A stretch of 64,000 nucleotides of DNA from Lama glama. Taxonomy: Eukaryota. The position numbers and the translations under genes are program-made. Below are positions 51,001 through 63,268 of this stretch, piece by piece. Below the pieces are notes generated by a model. That model made no database searches, had not been told where the DNA came from, and was given only the letters and a program-made list of their open reading frames with translations. The DNA is taken from contig CM052840.1 of the NCBI GenBank assembly GCA_028534125.1, positions 21,824,001-21,888,000 on the forward strand. Reading direction: 5' to 3'. Positions within the stretch are counted from its first letter, which is position 1. Each line of letters begins with the position of its first letter.

Positions 51001-54000
51001 GAATGAATTCTGTTCCCTAAAGGACTGGTTTTCAGATTTTGATTGCTCTTTAAAATAGAAACATGAATTATTTTAAGAAAACTGCTAGAGAAAAATAAAA
51101 ATGACAGCACAGAATCCAAGGTTGTATTTAAATGTCTGATCAGAAAGCAGTAGGAAAAAAAAATGCCCAAACAATATAAAACCTGAAGCTGTGGATTTTT
51201 CTTTCTAATTTGTGTGTATGTGTGTGTGTGTGATTTTTACTCATCATAATCAAGACTCAGAGTACAGTGATAACCCTGTTATATTTATTTGAAAGAACTT
51301 TCCCTAGAAATGTTACAACTAAAATTATTAATAAAGTACCAAAGAAAAGAGTTTACTTTTAAACCAATTACTTTAAACAGTTACCACATTTAAACATGGA
51401 ATGTTGAAATGCAGTTATAATCAATGTATATCGTTAATCATACATTTAAAATTTTTAAATATGGGGAGATATTTTTTAAAGTGGAAAGATCAGTAAGCGT
51501 TTTCTCTGGAGTCACGTGTGGATAAACATCCTTGGCATGTGCCAAGTCAGTGTCTACTCTCCGTGATTCTTAAAAAAACAAAAAGCACTTAAAACTCATT
51601 GGTCTGTCATTAGGAGGGTTTTCCATAATGTAGGTATTTGTACAGGACCCGATTAAACAATTCGGGACCCCAGGGCACTCTGAAGTTGAGGTTCTTTATG
51701 TTATCAGCCAGGACTAATAATAAATAAACAAAATTCTAATTAAAATAAATCATTCATCGCAATGTGCTGCTGTATAACTGGAAATAAATTCTAATCTGAT
51801 AGCACTGTGACATGGGGTACAGGCACCTTAATTTCTAGCTTAATCTGACTCGAGAGTATTGTTTATTTATTCAGGCTTTTATGTCTAAATTTCCGCTGTT
51901 ATCTCTTCTGAGGCAAGATCTAAATGATGTGCACACAGGCAGTTAAACTGAATCTGGTGGGAGGAAGGAGGCTGGTGTCTCAGCCTCCGTCTTTCACTGA
52001 GAAGTGGAGCGCAGTGAGCCACTCTGCAAGGTCTTTCTGCCACTGCCCCCAGCCTCCAACCCACGTCTAGTGATGGGTCTAGAATGCGGTGCAGCCCAAA
52101 AAATGGTGGTCGAATGGTTCACCTGATTGGTGAGATAGACTTTGAGTACAAATCTATCTCGTGATGAAAGAATGGCTACAGTTGCTGCTGGAGTCACAAG
52201 AAGTAAACATTTGTACCTGAGACAAAGCCGGCCAAAAACTTAACAAGATTCTTCCACCATGTCTCCAGTTCCAGGATGGGGCTTCGTCTCCACTGCCTGG
52301 CCTCTTAGCCCGGAGTGCTCAGGTGACCTTTTCTCCCTTGTGAATTTCTAGAGATTTCTTCTGGGTTTCTCCGGGTTAACACCTCCTTTTTCTACAACAA
52401 GATGTTATCATCACAAAATGGGCAGGTAATTCTCACGACAGGAATCCGACCATTTTTTATAGGAGCTTGGGAGAAGTTTGGCCCCGCTGAATGATTTTAG
52501 AGCACTTCCTCTTGTGTGTTCTTTACCTAATTAGTGCCTGATGCTCTTAGTAAGAGGGACCCCTCACGGCACATCTAAATCACCTTGGTTGGGAAATGCC
52601 ACCTTAGGTATTATACCATTTCAGCTACTGCCCGAGTNNNNNNNNNNNNNNNNNNNNNNNNNNNNNNNNNNNNNNNNNNNNNNNNNNNNNNNNNNNNNNN
52701 NNNNNNNNNNNNNNNNNNNNNNNNNNNNNNNNNNNNNNNNNNNNNNNNNNNNNNNNNNNNNNNNNNNNNNNNNNNNNNNNNNNNNNNNNNNNNNNNNNNN
52801 NNNNNNNNNNNNNNNNNNNNNNNNNNNNNNNNNNNNNNNNNNNNNNNNNNNNNNNNNNNNNNNNNNNNNNNNNNNNNNNNNNNNNNNNNNNNNNNNNNNN
52901 NNNNNNNNNNNNNNNNNNNNNNNNNNNNNNNNNNNNNNNNNNNNNNNNNNNNNNNNNNNNNNNNNNNNNNNNNNNNCTGANNNNNNNNNNNNNNNNNNNN
53001 NNNNNNNNNNNNNNNNNNNNNNNNNNNNNNNNNNNNNNNNNNNNNNNNNNNNNNNNNNNNNNNNNNNNNNNNNNNNNNNNNNNNNNNNNNNNNNNNNNNN
53101 NNNNNNNNNNNNNNNNNNNNNNNNNNNNNNNNNNNNNNNNNNNNNNNNNNNNNNNNNNNNNNNNNNNNGCGGCGCTTGAGATTAGTGCAGACAGAACGTC
53201 TGGAGGCTGAGAGAGCCGGGCCGGGGCCGTGGATGGAGATGGAGGGAAATTCGGCTTCCTCCCTCCAGCCTCCCAGCCGTAGTCCCTCACTGTCCTTTAT
53301 AGAGACCTTAGATCCAGCACGTTCACTGAGTAGTGCTTCTATCCAGATCAGCAAAAGCCAGCCAACCACAGGCGTGAACAGGCGTGTGCGGGCATGCTTT
53401 GTGTTTGTATGTTGAGATGCTTCATGTACAACCATGCCTTGCTTGTTAGCCTTAAACTTGACCCAGGACTCTGGAAACCCACGATTGTGAGGGGAGGATT
53501 ATGGACATTTAAACCCCAAACATCCTCCTGTGTTTAGTAGTAATTTGTCCTAAGGAGATGACTAAGAATGGGTGTCTTAGTCACGGATAGTGGAAGGGCT
53601 CCTGCTGACCGAGGCGCCTGTACAGTCGATCTGTGGACATCATATACTTCGGGATGTAAGAAAGTCTTGAGATTCTTAGGGCCCCAGCGAGCATTTGGCT
53701 GCAATGAACATTAAGATGACACATAAAGCTGCTGAAAAGAATAGGTATTTCATGAAGTGAATAATCTTTGGCCTACACAATTTTTAAAAAAATTGATCTG
53801 ACTTGCACACAACTTCAGTTAGCCAGTTCCGTGAAAGAAATCTATCCAACATAGGTTCCCAATGTTTAAATTCATTCCAGGCCAGTGTTTTCAGAAGTTG
53901 GGACGAGGACATGCTTCTTAAATGCATAGTACTTTTTGGTCTTCAAGAGCTGGTGGTGGTGCAAGAATGTGCCTTTAAAATAACAAGTTAGGAGGCATCG

Positions 54001-54559
54001 ATGTAGGAGACCCTCCTGCAAAGGGCACTCATACTTGAACAATGAAGAGAGAAAGCCTGCTAGTTGTGAGTGATGGTGTCATTTCTGAAACTGTGTGTTT
54101 CATTCTTACCGCCCACATATTTGATTCCCACGCATCTCATTTTGGTCAGGAAGACACAGCTTCCGTTACTCAGGGAGGATGTTCAAGATGTATCCATGAT
54201 CTTTTGTGTTGGCTTGAACTGGTTTTATGAAGGCCAGTTAGCAGTTGTCCTTAAAATTCATATTTAAATTATGATGATTAGGAGAATATTTCTGAATGCT
54301 GGCTCGAGCAGTGTGTTACCGGTGGAGTTCAGCTTCCTGCAGAGCTGGTCCCTGGAGATTTCCAACTCCTGGTCCAGTTGGACTGGATCCCTCTGGGATT
54401 CCTGCACAGCTGTCCCAGCAGGTCTCCTCTAATCGGTCAGTTAGGGAGCTCCTGTCCCTCCTCCTCCGCGTTGGTCTCCCTGTGTTCTGGACCCCAGTTG
54501 TTCCTCTTTGCTGCCTTACCTCCTTTTGTAGAATTACCTCCCTGAGTACAGGTGCACGG

Positions 54560-55430
54560 AAGGTAAATTTTTTGAGAGTTTGATGTCTGAAATGATTGTT
54601 ACTCCACCTTCCCATTGGGTCGATAGTTTGGCTAGACATACAATTCAAGGTTAAAAATGATTTCCACCCAGGATTTTGTGGCACTTCTGCATTTTTATAC
54701 TTTCATTGCTACTCTGATTCCTGTTTCTTTGTAGGTTACCATGTTGTTTTTTCCTACGAAACTTTTTAAGACATTCTCTGTATCCTGCTTTTCCAGAATT
54801 TCATGACAGTGCGCCTCTATGTAGATGTTAGTAGCATCATGATTATTAATATTCATAACGATACACTTTTTGTGGATTTTTTCAGGGTGGAGCCTCATGG
54901 CCTTCAGCTCTGGGGATGCTGTTTTATTATTTCTTTGATAATTTGCTCCCTTTTTTATTTGTTATCATTTATCTGTGTTTCTGATCAGTTAGGTGTTGGA
55001 CTTCCCAAACTGATCTTTTCATTGTTTGCTTCTTGTTTCTTGCTTATTGATTAAGTCATCATCGTTTTCCATGTGATGAGATATCACCTTAACTTTATCT
55101 TTCCACCCTTCTGTTGATGTGATGGGGGGATTTTTTAGCTATTATATTTTTTTCAGTTTCCAGGGCTCTTTTTTTTTTGGCTGATTATTATTTATTTATA
55201 GCATCCTACTCTTGTTTCATTCATGGTATGTCTTTTTTTTTTATCCTTCTGGAAATAGTCCATTGTTGATTTTTTAATTGTTTGCTTGCTTTATTCATTG
55301 AATTGTCTCCTTTGTTTGGAGACTTTTAATTTTGTCTTTTAATTTTATTTTTTTCTTTGTTTAATTTTGCTTCTTCTGAATTCTTTTCTTGTATGTTTTT
55401 AAATCTCTTCTTTCCTTTGGAGGCTAATGG
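54560..55430 (-). mobile_element. Ancient L1 fragment (ORF1 region)
   Basis: tttgagagtttgatgtctgaaa...tgatagtttggctagatacacaattc...gaatttcatgacagtgcgcct, T-rich. Confidence 0.55.
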
Positions 55431-56830
55431 AGACGTCACTACACATAAACGTCCATCAGTGGGGAGCACAGCTGGGTAGTCATGATGGCAAGATGGCTTT
55501 ATGTCAAAGACTCACATTACCAAGAATCCTCAACAAGTGTATTTAACTATATCCTTAATACTCCATCCTGTGTCAGGATGGGGTACATGTGTGGCTGCCA
55601 TACGGGAAATTCAGTGGAAAAGAAGGCTGAGGCTCTCACTGTGCAATGCACAGACTTTTATGTATTTTTCCCACTCTGCCTCCTGGTTTATACCTTTCAG
55701 TGGACCCTCTCTATTTTCTTTTTTAGTATCACCAGCTATTTTCTAAGCCTTTCTCATTTTATAATACTTCATCAGATGCATCTGTAACAACCCACACTTC
55801 CTGCTTGTGTTCTAGCTTCTGACCTCCTCCCCGAGAACTGGGAGTTCCAGAGCACTTGGCTTACTCTCACAGTTAGCCCTGGGCACAGGTTTACCGAATA
55901 CTCAGCCACAGCCTAACAGAGCTCCTCGATGTCCCAAACCCCAGCATCTCTTTCTTTGCCACAGTTCGCTTAGCCACTGAGCCAGTGCCACATGTGTCAA
56001 GGGGTTGTTGCTACTGTTGTTCAGGCAACATCTAACCTCAAATCACTGCTGTATGTTTTTGCTAGAATGCACTGAACTATGCTGAGGTGAAAACAGATGT
56101 CCTCGTGTGTAGAACGGGTCAATAGGATGAATTTTTTAAAGCCTTTGACGTTATAGTCCGGTGTGCTTTTGGCAGCTCTTCTCTGAGCAACATCTCAGGA
56201 ACCTGAGTCCCTTCCATCTTGTGGGGCTTCACGAGGGAAAAAAAGGATGGAATGAATAATTACACATTTACAGGTCATCCCTGGATGCAGAATACACCTC
56301 TTCTGCATCCTAGTCACACAGACATTTCTAGTCACGTGACTTCTCCTATCGTAACTGGACTTGAAATTTCCAGGGAGAAAAGGCAAAAATGGGCATACTG
56401 GGCACATAACATTGTCCCTGCCACATGCATCCACTCCCCAGCTTCCCATAAATGTATGTTAGCGCCCTTCTTGTTCCCTTGGACTTTTCTGTGTTCCTGT
56501 ACTGTCATTCGGTTGGGCTTTAAGAGGAAATAAAGATAAATGCACATGTTCAATTCACCTTATTTAAATGGACTTTATTTTGACTACCATTGAGAGAGTA
56601 TCTTAGATGAGAGAGATTAAAGGCAGATCCATTTTAAATAGCAAAGATTATTTTAAATAAGTCATGCTACCTATAGAAAGGGAAGACTGAAGTAGAGCTT
56701 TGCATTATAAGAATATGACCTTATTTGCATGTCCTGTAATTTGAGGTGATGGAATATTTCATCTTCTGAGATTATAACATGCTAGGACTTATGACTGTAA
56801 CAAGTCTAGAGATTCACCAGAGAAGAACCT

Positions 56831-56837
56831 TATATAT

Positions 56838-56896
<59 letters not shown>
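56831..56896 (+). repeat. Compound (CA)n(TA)n microsatellite
   Basis: Direct reading. Confidence 0.95.
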
Positions 56897-57104
56897 ATTA
56901 TTATTATAATGACAGTTTATGAAATATTTAGATTTTCTGAAACTTGAATGTGGCGTACTTCTTATTGGTCCAACTTTCCCAAATCAATAATGTGCTCGTG
57001 GAGATTCCCACTTCCCAGCACAGAAAGTGCAGATTCTAAAATAGCACATTTTTTATTTTCTCTGAAGCTCCATTAGGAAAGTGTCAAAGTAACAATAATA
57101 AAAT

Positions 57105-57330
57105 AATGACGACTGTTATTATTTATAGTCTATCTACTAAGCGTAAAGCATTTACGTGCTGTCTCGTTTGAGCCACAGGACAAACCCGTGTGGTAAACTG
57201 AATTTCCATTCCCTCCTGGAAGAAGCTGAGGCTTTGAGACTCTAAGAGACTTGCTCAAGGTCACAGCACTAGGAAGTTACAAACTGGATTTTGAATCCAA
57301 ATCTGTGTCATTTGAAAGTAACCGCTCTTT
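57105..57330 (-). mobile_element. MIR SINE
   Basis: gaagctgaggctttgaga..ctaagagacttgctcaaggtcacagcactaggaagt...ggattttgaatcca. Confidence 0.75.
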
Positions 57331-57498
57331 CTAGCATACAGACTGCCTTCGTTTCTCTGTGTGCGTTTTGAGATGTTCGTTCATGAACTCAAAGGAAGAA
57401 AATTTCCTTTGAGAGTTGTACAAACCTATCTGACACGTGACTAAATGACATTTTGCAATGCCCTTCCCCACTCTCCCCGCCTCTTCCGCTTGACTCAG

Positions 57499-57703
57499 GA
57501 AACCGAAGCATGCGGGACCGTCTGCCCAGCATCCACGGAAGCCACAGCCCACTGCGGCAGGTGCGACTTCAACTCTACCAGCCACGTTTGTGCTGTGATA
57601 AGAGGGTCTAACAATTCCATCAGGAGGGAATCAATCGAAGACATATGCTCATCGGCTGAAGAGACTGTTCATACAGGAAGTGTCAACAAACTCTCCTTCA
57701 CAG
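57499..57703 (+). CDS. USH2A: USH2A coding exon (approx. exon 52): end of Cys-rich region, return to FN3
   Basis: Acceptor actcag|GAA and donor CAG|gtaata. 205 nt, phase 0-1. Translates ETEACGTVCPASTEATAHCGRCDFNSTSHVCAVIRGSNNSIRRESIEDICSSAEETVHTGSVNKLSFT(D). Confidence 0.95.
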
Positions 57704-58660
57704 GTAATAGAAAGGGAGCTGCCTGCCCATGCCTTACAAGAGGGGGTGGTGAAAAGCTACTAAAAATGTAGATTTCTTTCCCTCTGATCTCATCTCTCCC
57801 TCCTTAACCTAATATCTGTTAAATCCATCATAGTTGTGGGTCAGCTGGTTACAGGTAATGAAAGGCACAATTTGGTTCTGTTAAAAGTTAGTAGTTTGAA
57901 GTTTTTCAAAGTCTAACTTTAAACAAGGATACATGCTATCTTAAAGCAAACCTATAGAGAAAAAAGAAGAGAGAAAGAAATTACTTTTGTGCCCTTTTAT
58001 GGTCTATCCAGTTAATTTTCAGTAAGCCTAATTTTCTTTCTCAGAAGTTTGAGGGCAGATTTTCAATAAATGCCACGAATGTATGTTGTTCTTCTTGCAA
58101 GCAGAAAAGAGGTAGAAACCTGTCTGATCACTAAGACCTGGAAGCATCATTCCAAGGAAGAGATAGACTGCTCAGTGTAAAGCCAGTTTTCCTTTCCTGA
58201 CCTTGGGTCTGGGTGCAGAGAATGTGTTCCCTCACAACCTGGTGTTCTCCCAGGAAGGCCACCAGCCTGGGAACAATAACCTTCATAGTTATTGAAAATA
58301 TTAATTTCCAAGCCCCTTCTTGACCCTACTGCATTAGTCCAAGATAGCAGTTCTCAGGCTTGGCTGTGCACCGTAACGTGAGGCACGATGTGCAGGTAAG
58401 TCCTATGATAGGAGTAAGCAAAGCAGGCATAGGATGCGTTGGCAGCGTGTTGAAGACACCTAGCCCAGCCTGGAGGGTGAGGAAGGACTTCAGAAAGGAT
58501 ACTGTGCCTGAGCTGAGAACTGAAGGACAAGCTAAGGGCAGGTAGACCAGGCATAGAGAACAGCATATGCAAAACTCAGGAAGCAAGAGGAAGCCCAGCA
58601 GGTTTGAAAAACAACAAGAGACTCGATATGGATGCAGCACATGTAAGAGGGAGAAGGTAT

Positions 58661-58785
58661 GGGGGGAGGTTATAGCTCAGTGCTATAGTTGCCTGCTTAG
58701 CAGGCACAGGGTCCTGGGTTCAATCCCCAGTACCTCCATTGATAACAAACAAACAAATAAATAAACCTACCCCCCCAAAAAAAAA
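58661..58785 (+). mobile_element. tRNA-Ala-derived SINE, camelid vic-1-like
   Basis: ggggggaggttatagctcagtg (A box)...gcctgcttagca.gcac.gggtcctgggttcaatccccagtacctcca (B box), then an A-rich tail with C-run and poly-A. Flanked by gagggagaa at 58647-55 and 58787-95. Family name from memory. Confidence 0.8.
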
Positions 58786-58871
58786 CGAGGGAGAAAATAA
58801 CACAGATGAGGCCAAAGAGCAGGGGTCAGATTGCGAAGGACTTTTATGCCACACTGAAGAGTCTGTTCTTC

Positions 58872-59150
58872 ATGGACACAGGAAATGAACTGTGATTATC
58901 GGAGGGAAAGGAGTAGAGAGGGATCAATTAGGAGTTTGGGATTAACAGACACACACTGCTATATATAAAATACACAACTAGAGACCTACTGTGCAGCACA
59001 GGGAACTATATTCAATGTCTTGTCAAGAGCCATAATGGAAAAGAAGCTGAAAATATACATATGTATGTATGTATATGTATGACTTAATCACTTTGCTGTA
59101 CACCTGAAACTAACATTGTAAATCAACTACACTTCAATTTAAAAAAAAAA
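58872..59150 (+). mobile_element. L1 3' end (cetartiodactyl-type)
   Basis: aattaggagtttgggattaacagacacacactgctatatataaaata...cctactgtgcagcacagggaactatattcaa...gctgtacacctgaaactaacattgtaaatcaactacacttcaat plus poly-A. Confidence 0.88.
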
Positions 59151-59689
59151 CTTTTTCTTTATGAGTGGATATTAAACCTTTTAAAGCAATGCAATGACAC
59201 AATTATATATGCATTTTTGAAGGATTACTCTGTCAACTAAATAAAAATGACTGAAGATAAATAGGTATGGGACATTTCAGCAATTAAGAAGTAAATATGG
59301 AACAAACGTACCCTCCAAAATCAAAACCCTTTGTTATCAGAATACTAGCCCCATGTAACAAATCAAATAATGTTGAGATAACAAGTTTTTTTTTTTTTTA
59401 AAAAAAAGAAGAGTTGGAAATTCTGGCACAGGAAAAAAGAAAGAGCTCTGAGAAATGAGAGACAGAATTGAGGAAAGGCAAAATTTCAACACATGATTCC
59501 TTATATGTGAAGCGAAAAAGATGCCTTCATGGGCTGGGAACATCTTTGAATGACCAGGTTTCATAGGAAAATACAGAAACAAAGGTAAAAGGGAGAAGAA
59601 TGAAATTCAGTGGAGGAAAGAACAGAAATGAAGTGTGGAGAGTTCCCACAATTGAATTTAGAAATGGCAACATGAACTTGAAAGGCACA

Positions 59690-60075
59690 GAATAACAGTT
59701 CTTCGCAATGAACAGTTTATCTGCTATAACAAGAGATTCAAATATATAGTTATGATTTGTGGGTAGGTGGATGGTCTGAGCAGCTCACCCCAACAAGGTC
59801 TTTCAGGATCCAGACTCCTCATCCTGCTTCCACGGGGTGCAAACTGAGTTACCACCACACCCTCATTCCAGCCCATCAGGAGGGGATAAGAATGCTAACG
59901 GAAGGCAAGTGATTTCCTCTTTAAAACGTGATGCACAAGTTGCCCATATCCCTTCCATTGTTGAGATCAGACATGTGACTACACCAAACTGCAAAGAAAA
60001 CTAGCAAATGTAGAGTCTAGCCAAGAGATCTCTGACCAAGGCAGAGGGAGGATTTGGCGATCCACTGGTGGTCAT
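59690..60075 (-). mobile_element. Old MLT1-type LTR relic
   Basis: ttcaggatccagactcct...aagttgcccatatc...catgtgactacaccaaactgcaaagaaaactagcaaatgtag. Confidence 0.6.
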
Positions 60076-61232
60076 GACAGGTACAAAGCAGCTGATACCC
60101 TCTGACTAGAGAAAATGAAGATTGATTACATTTGTATAGCAATTTACATTTTATGAAGTTCTGCAACATAAATGATTACATTTTATTTACATACTAATTC
60201 TATAAAATAGGCAGAGCAGGGTTTATTGTAAGGAGACGCATATAAGGAGAATATGGTTCAATAATCCAAGTGGATGGGACTGAGAATTGACCCTGCCTCC
60301 AGTGGAGATAAAGCAGATGGCCAGGCAGCCAGGGAGGACCTCTTCTGATGCTTCTGCCTGAGAAAGAGTCATCCAGAAACAGCCACACAAAAATACACAT
60401 GTACATATTCAAAATTCACAGAATTAAGTCAGTGGAAAGCAGATTTAAATAATTAAATTTTCAAGGATTTTTTGGGTAAATTTGTAGCATTTGTACTTCT
60501 GAAGTAATTAAAGCTTAAAACTGAACTAAGATGTTTGGGACACTGTTGATCACATGGATGATTATCTAATAAAATTTTTGCCAGACCAGAAATCTCAGGC
60601 AGGTTGGTTTTGTTGTTTTAAATTAGATTGCTTGTTTTTGGTTTTAGTTTCAGTTCTGGTTTGGTGGAAGGTGGAAGAAAGTGTATCTAGTACAGTATAC
60701 TTCATATATATAGTACAGTGTGAATTTATATTTATTCACTAAAATTTTACCATGAGAAGCTAAGTTTCAAGTCCTGTGTCTCATAACAACTACATTATAA
60801 TTCTTACAATAATTGAATAAAGTCATATTGACAATGTAATAATTGGTAACATTTATAATAATGAAATTATAGAAGAATGTTGCCAAGCCTGCCTCTACAG
60901 CAGTAAAGAGATCGTGAACTTGGGCCGCATTAACATCTAATGTACGCCAGTCTCGTGCTTTTATTTTTCATTTATTTATTTAATGTGTCCATATTTCTCT
61001 CTTCAGAAAGATGAATTCTAGTCTGTGCAATTTCATATCTCTGCATCTAAGAAACAATGTTTCTACAACTTAGAAAGTAAAGATATTAGAGTTTTATTTA
61101 CACACAATGAGATTAGGGCATTAAACATTTATTTTTAAATATTTAAGGTTTTGATAGTCATTTTCAATATGATGGTAAAAATAATAAAAATTAAAAAAAA
61201 AAAACCTCACTGTCTGATTTCTGTCTTTCCAG

Positions 61233-61430
61233 ACGTAAACCTGGAGCCCTACACGACATATGAGTATAGGATTTCTGCTTGGAATAGCTATGGGCGAGGA
61301 TTCAGCGAGGCCATTAGAGCCAGAACAAAAGAAGACGCTCCTCAGGGAGTGAGTCCCCCCAGGTGGACCAAAATGGATCATCTTGATGACGTAATAGTCT
61401 TAAACTGGAAGAAACCTATACAGTCAAATG
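61233..61430 (+). CDS. USH2A: USH2A coding exon (approx. exon 53), FN3
   Basis: Acceptor tttccag|AC and donor ATG|gtatta. 198 nt, phase 1-1. Translates (D)VNLEPYTTYEYRISAWNSYGRGFSEAIRARTKEDAPQGVSPPRWTKMDHLDDVIVLNWKKPIQSN(G). Confidence 0.96.
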
Positions 61431-61934
61431 GTATTAAGCTATTTTTAAAATCGAAATAACATAATCCAGTAAATCCATAAGGAAATTGAAATTAGTGTAG
61501 TCTACATTTAACTGGCATGCATCTAACCACTAAAAGGAATTTGCCAGTAGAGGGAACTTTAGGTAGGTGCCAACTAATCATTCATTTTGTGAAATGGCCC
61601 TCACAAATTTTTAGCCAAAAATTTTTTTTTCTTGACTCCCAGCCTTTATATGAGCTTCTTTCAAACAAGCAAAGCATGTTAAAGGAAGGCAAACTATTTT
61701 GAAAGTAAATGTTTGATAATGAAAGGAAATAAACAGTCGACTCTGATTATTTCCATGAAGAATCTATCTCCTCCATAAGGGCAAGTGTAATTAAGAACTG
61801 TTTGAACATAGCAATATAATAGTAAATTAAAATTAAGTAATGCTATATTATCCCATTCCTTCAGAACTCTAATTTGTTTGCAAATAGTTAATAGAACCTG
61901 ACATTCAAGTTCAGGTGTTTCTCTGCCTCCTTAG

Positions 61935-62089
61935 GTCCTATTATTCACTACATTATTCTCCGAAATGGAATTGAACGTTTTCGAGGAACATCACTGAGCT
62001 TCTCTGATATGAAAGGAATTCAGCCTTTTCAAGAATATTCATACCAGCTAAAAGCTTGCACGATTGCTGGCTGTGCCACCAGCAGCGAG
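61935..62089 (+). CDS. USH2A: USH2A coding exon (approx. exon 54), FN3
   Basis: Acceptor ccttag|GT and donor GAG|gtgaga. 155 nt, phase 1-0. Translates (G)PIIHYIILRNGIERFRGTSLSFSDMKGIQPFQEYSYQLKACTIAGCATSSE. Confidence 0.96.
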
Positions 62090-63208
62090 GTGAGAGGAGT
62101 TTGCTTTAAAGTCTGGACAAAATTATCCAGTGTTAAGATAATATGAAGGTCCAGATTGTGAGTAATTTTTTCCAGTGATAGAAAGCAGTGTCTGCACCAG
62201 TAAAGTGGGGCATTCATTAGACATCTCAACTGGGTACTAACACTTCTGCCAGAAAGGAGGGATCACTGGAAGGGAGATTTATTCACGTATCAGTGTTTCA
62301 TTAATCAGAAGATAAAAAGAGAAAGGAAAACTTAAACCAGTATTACCCCTTAATCTCCTTTTCCTCCACCAGCTATTTTTAGATGTTCTGCTATAAATCC
62401 ATAATAATTCCCAAACCATTTCTCAGTTTGAAAAGGTTTCTATTTAAACATAATTCCAACCCAATTGCCTACTCTTGAAAAACAGAGTAAAGGGCAAAGG
62501 AGCCTGACAGAAAATAAAACGGTTCTAAGCCTTCTGCAACAGCCTTGACAAAAAATAATGAGGATCTGAATTCATGCAACAAGAGGTCAGAATGGAGAAT
62601 ATCAGAAAGATACAAGAGATTCCAGGGGACAAAATGTACAGGACTCTGTCGTCAGCTGTAGGGGGATAAAAGGAAAGTATCATGGGTATTTTGAAGATAC
62701 CTGGTTTGACCAGTCAATAGATCATGGCGCCATTCTGAAAGCAAATCAAACGAAAAACAAAAAAACAAACAAAAGAAGAAAGAAAGAAAAAGAAAAATTA
62801 AAAGTAAAGACTGATTAAGATTTTAGAAGCTTTAAAAAATATATTTAAGAGGAGGAGCAGAGAGCAGAATGGTGGAAGAAAATATTATTTGGCACTTTAA
62901 GTGGAAATGTCTAGTCAGAAGCTGGATTAAGACGTGACTGAAATTTGCTAGAAAGATCTACGAGGGAAGTTGAAGCAAGGAGCATGACTGTCGTCACATA
63001 GGGAGGAGAGAAAGACAGGAGACCCTAGATGATGAGTCGCCTTGGGGACACCAGCCTAGTCAGAGGAAACCCAGTTTTCATACAGTTAAAACTTGAGAAG
63101 AGCAGCATTTTCACACACGGGCCAAGAACCTTTGAAGGCAAACGTTCAGTGAGACTCAGCAGCCGCAGCGCAGGGAGCATCTTCTCGTTCAGAAGCATCT
63201 CTGAGCCC

Positions 63209-63268
63209 GCCACAGCCTAGCCAGACGGCAGCTGATTGGCCACATCCTAGCCAGACAGCAGCTGATGG
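63209..63268 (+). repeat. Imperfect 2x30-bp tandem duplication
   Basis: gccacagcctagccagacggcagctgattg / gccacatcctagccagacagcagctgatgg (27/30 identical). Confidence 0.9.

Noticed and set aside
57255-57263. ERRE TCAAGGTCA
   Set aside because: One substitution from the MIR consensus (cccaaggtcac); expected in MIR copies.
41030-57498. USH2A pseudogenisation
   Set aside because: All visible exons are stop-free with intact splice sites, and the missing exon is explainable by N-runs.
58661-58738. Functional tRNA-Ala gene
   Set aside because: Degenerate D-loop and stems, an A-rich tail and flanking direct repeats indicate a SINE.
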